Source: Macrostomum hystrix (Eukaryota; Animalia; Platyhelminthes). Taken from it: a stretch of DNA of 64,000 nt. The notes under the pieces are model-generated. The model was not told where the DNA came from, did not search any database, and worked only from the letters and a program-made list of their open reading frames with translations. Position numbers and translations under genes: made by a program. The DNA lies in NCBI GenBank assembly GCA_950097015.1, contig CATNEN010000032.1:992001-1056000 (forward strand). Reading direction: 5' to 3'. Shown in pieces: positions 63,017-64,000 of this stretch. Within the stretch, counting starts at the first letter, position 1; each line of letters begins with the position of its first letter.

Positions 63017-64000
63017 ATATATTTAAGGGAATTGGATAGGCCTAACGGAACTTTGGGTTTTCATCAGTTTCGTAATACAATCCTCTAAGTAAAAATCTAT
63101 TAGGTAGGGATCGTGTAACGAGAATGAATTCAAAATAACTAATTTACAAACTAAGTAAGAGACAAAGTAAGAACTATTCCAGTTCATTGTCATCACCCAA
63201 TAGCCATAGAGACGCCTGCTGACACCCCTCACATTCATTTTACAATCCCCTTCTTAAGGTATGGACAACAGAGTTCACCCTTATGGGGATAGTATCACAA
63301 AAGTGAGGGGTGAGAGAAAAATGCCAATATTCTCACAACTAAGAATTACATATAAAATCAAAATATTACATATGTATATATTACAAAATTTATGAAAACC
63401 CAATGTTTACTTATTCAATCCCTATAGGTCATTGAAAGCAAAAATGTAAAAAAAAACTTTTTTATACTAGTATATCCTTGCCAATTAAATTCCTATAAGC
63501 TTCTCTTTATTTTTCCTTTATAAAATTTTGATAGCTATTTAACTTTTTATGAAATCCTATGTTTTATATAAAAATAATTAACTTTTAAGGCTAAAATCAG
63601 ATAATCATTTGTGACGTTGTCACTTGTTGAAGGCACCCCTGCGCCCCTACAATATTACTCTATGCGTTGATTATATGCTTAATTTCCAAATTATGTACTT
63701 GCGAGGGCCGTTTTAGCTCATCGTATCATATTATCCAATTCTGTTAATTTATATTAGTAAGTCAAATTATTAGTGCGCTACTGTCAGTAACCATAAACGT
63801 ATATCGCGCCATTCTAGCTATTTACTACGCGTATCGTAATGTATTTCCCCCCCCCCGGCCAATGAGCGTGCGAGCTCTGGTTGGCCGGAAGTATCGATCG
63901 CTTTGTTTTTCAATCAGCCTAGTTTACTTAATCAAGGGCTTCAGGCCCGCTCGCGTCTCACTTTCTTTCCTTCCCGCTCGCGCTCCACTGGTTCTTTCTT

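Noticed and set aside
63855-63900. CCAAT plus CCGGAAGT (ETS-like) promoter motifs at the window end
   Set aside because: Plausible promoter, but no downstream gene is visible in the window to support it.

Overview
Eukaryotic (metazoan) genomic DNA. PolyQ/polyA-rich coding exons, short GT-AG introns and dense minisatellite and (GACA)n arrays suggest a Macrostomum-like free-living flatworm (inference, not verified). I assembled spliced gene models by hand, checking intron phases. They are: a partial NHL/beta-propeller gene; an unannotated single-pass receptor-like gene with an ITIM motif, spread over satellite-filled introns (5985-16013); an M28B NAALADase/GCPII-family peptidase; a Q-rich gene of unknown family (-); an A20+AN1 zinc-finger gene; a small candidate gene head-to-head with argininosuccinate synthase; ASS1; GOLGA7; an Amt ammonium transporter with a GC-AG intron; SSUH2; and tRNA-Glu(CTC). 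A transposon cluster at 39.1-48.5 kb holds a decayed Tc1 element (30-bp TIRs, TA TSD), a Crypton-type (DUF3504-like) tyrosine recombinase running in frame into a 3.7-kb 12-mer Ser/Thr array, and an internally deleted P element (8-bp TSD). Elsewhere there are three copies of a tRNA-derived SINE, a foldback MITE and a Mutator-type non-autonomous element (9-bp TSD). Most long ORFs in the supplied track are artefacts of tandem repeats. No CRISPR array or rRNA was seen.
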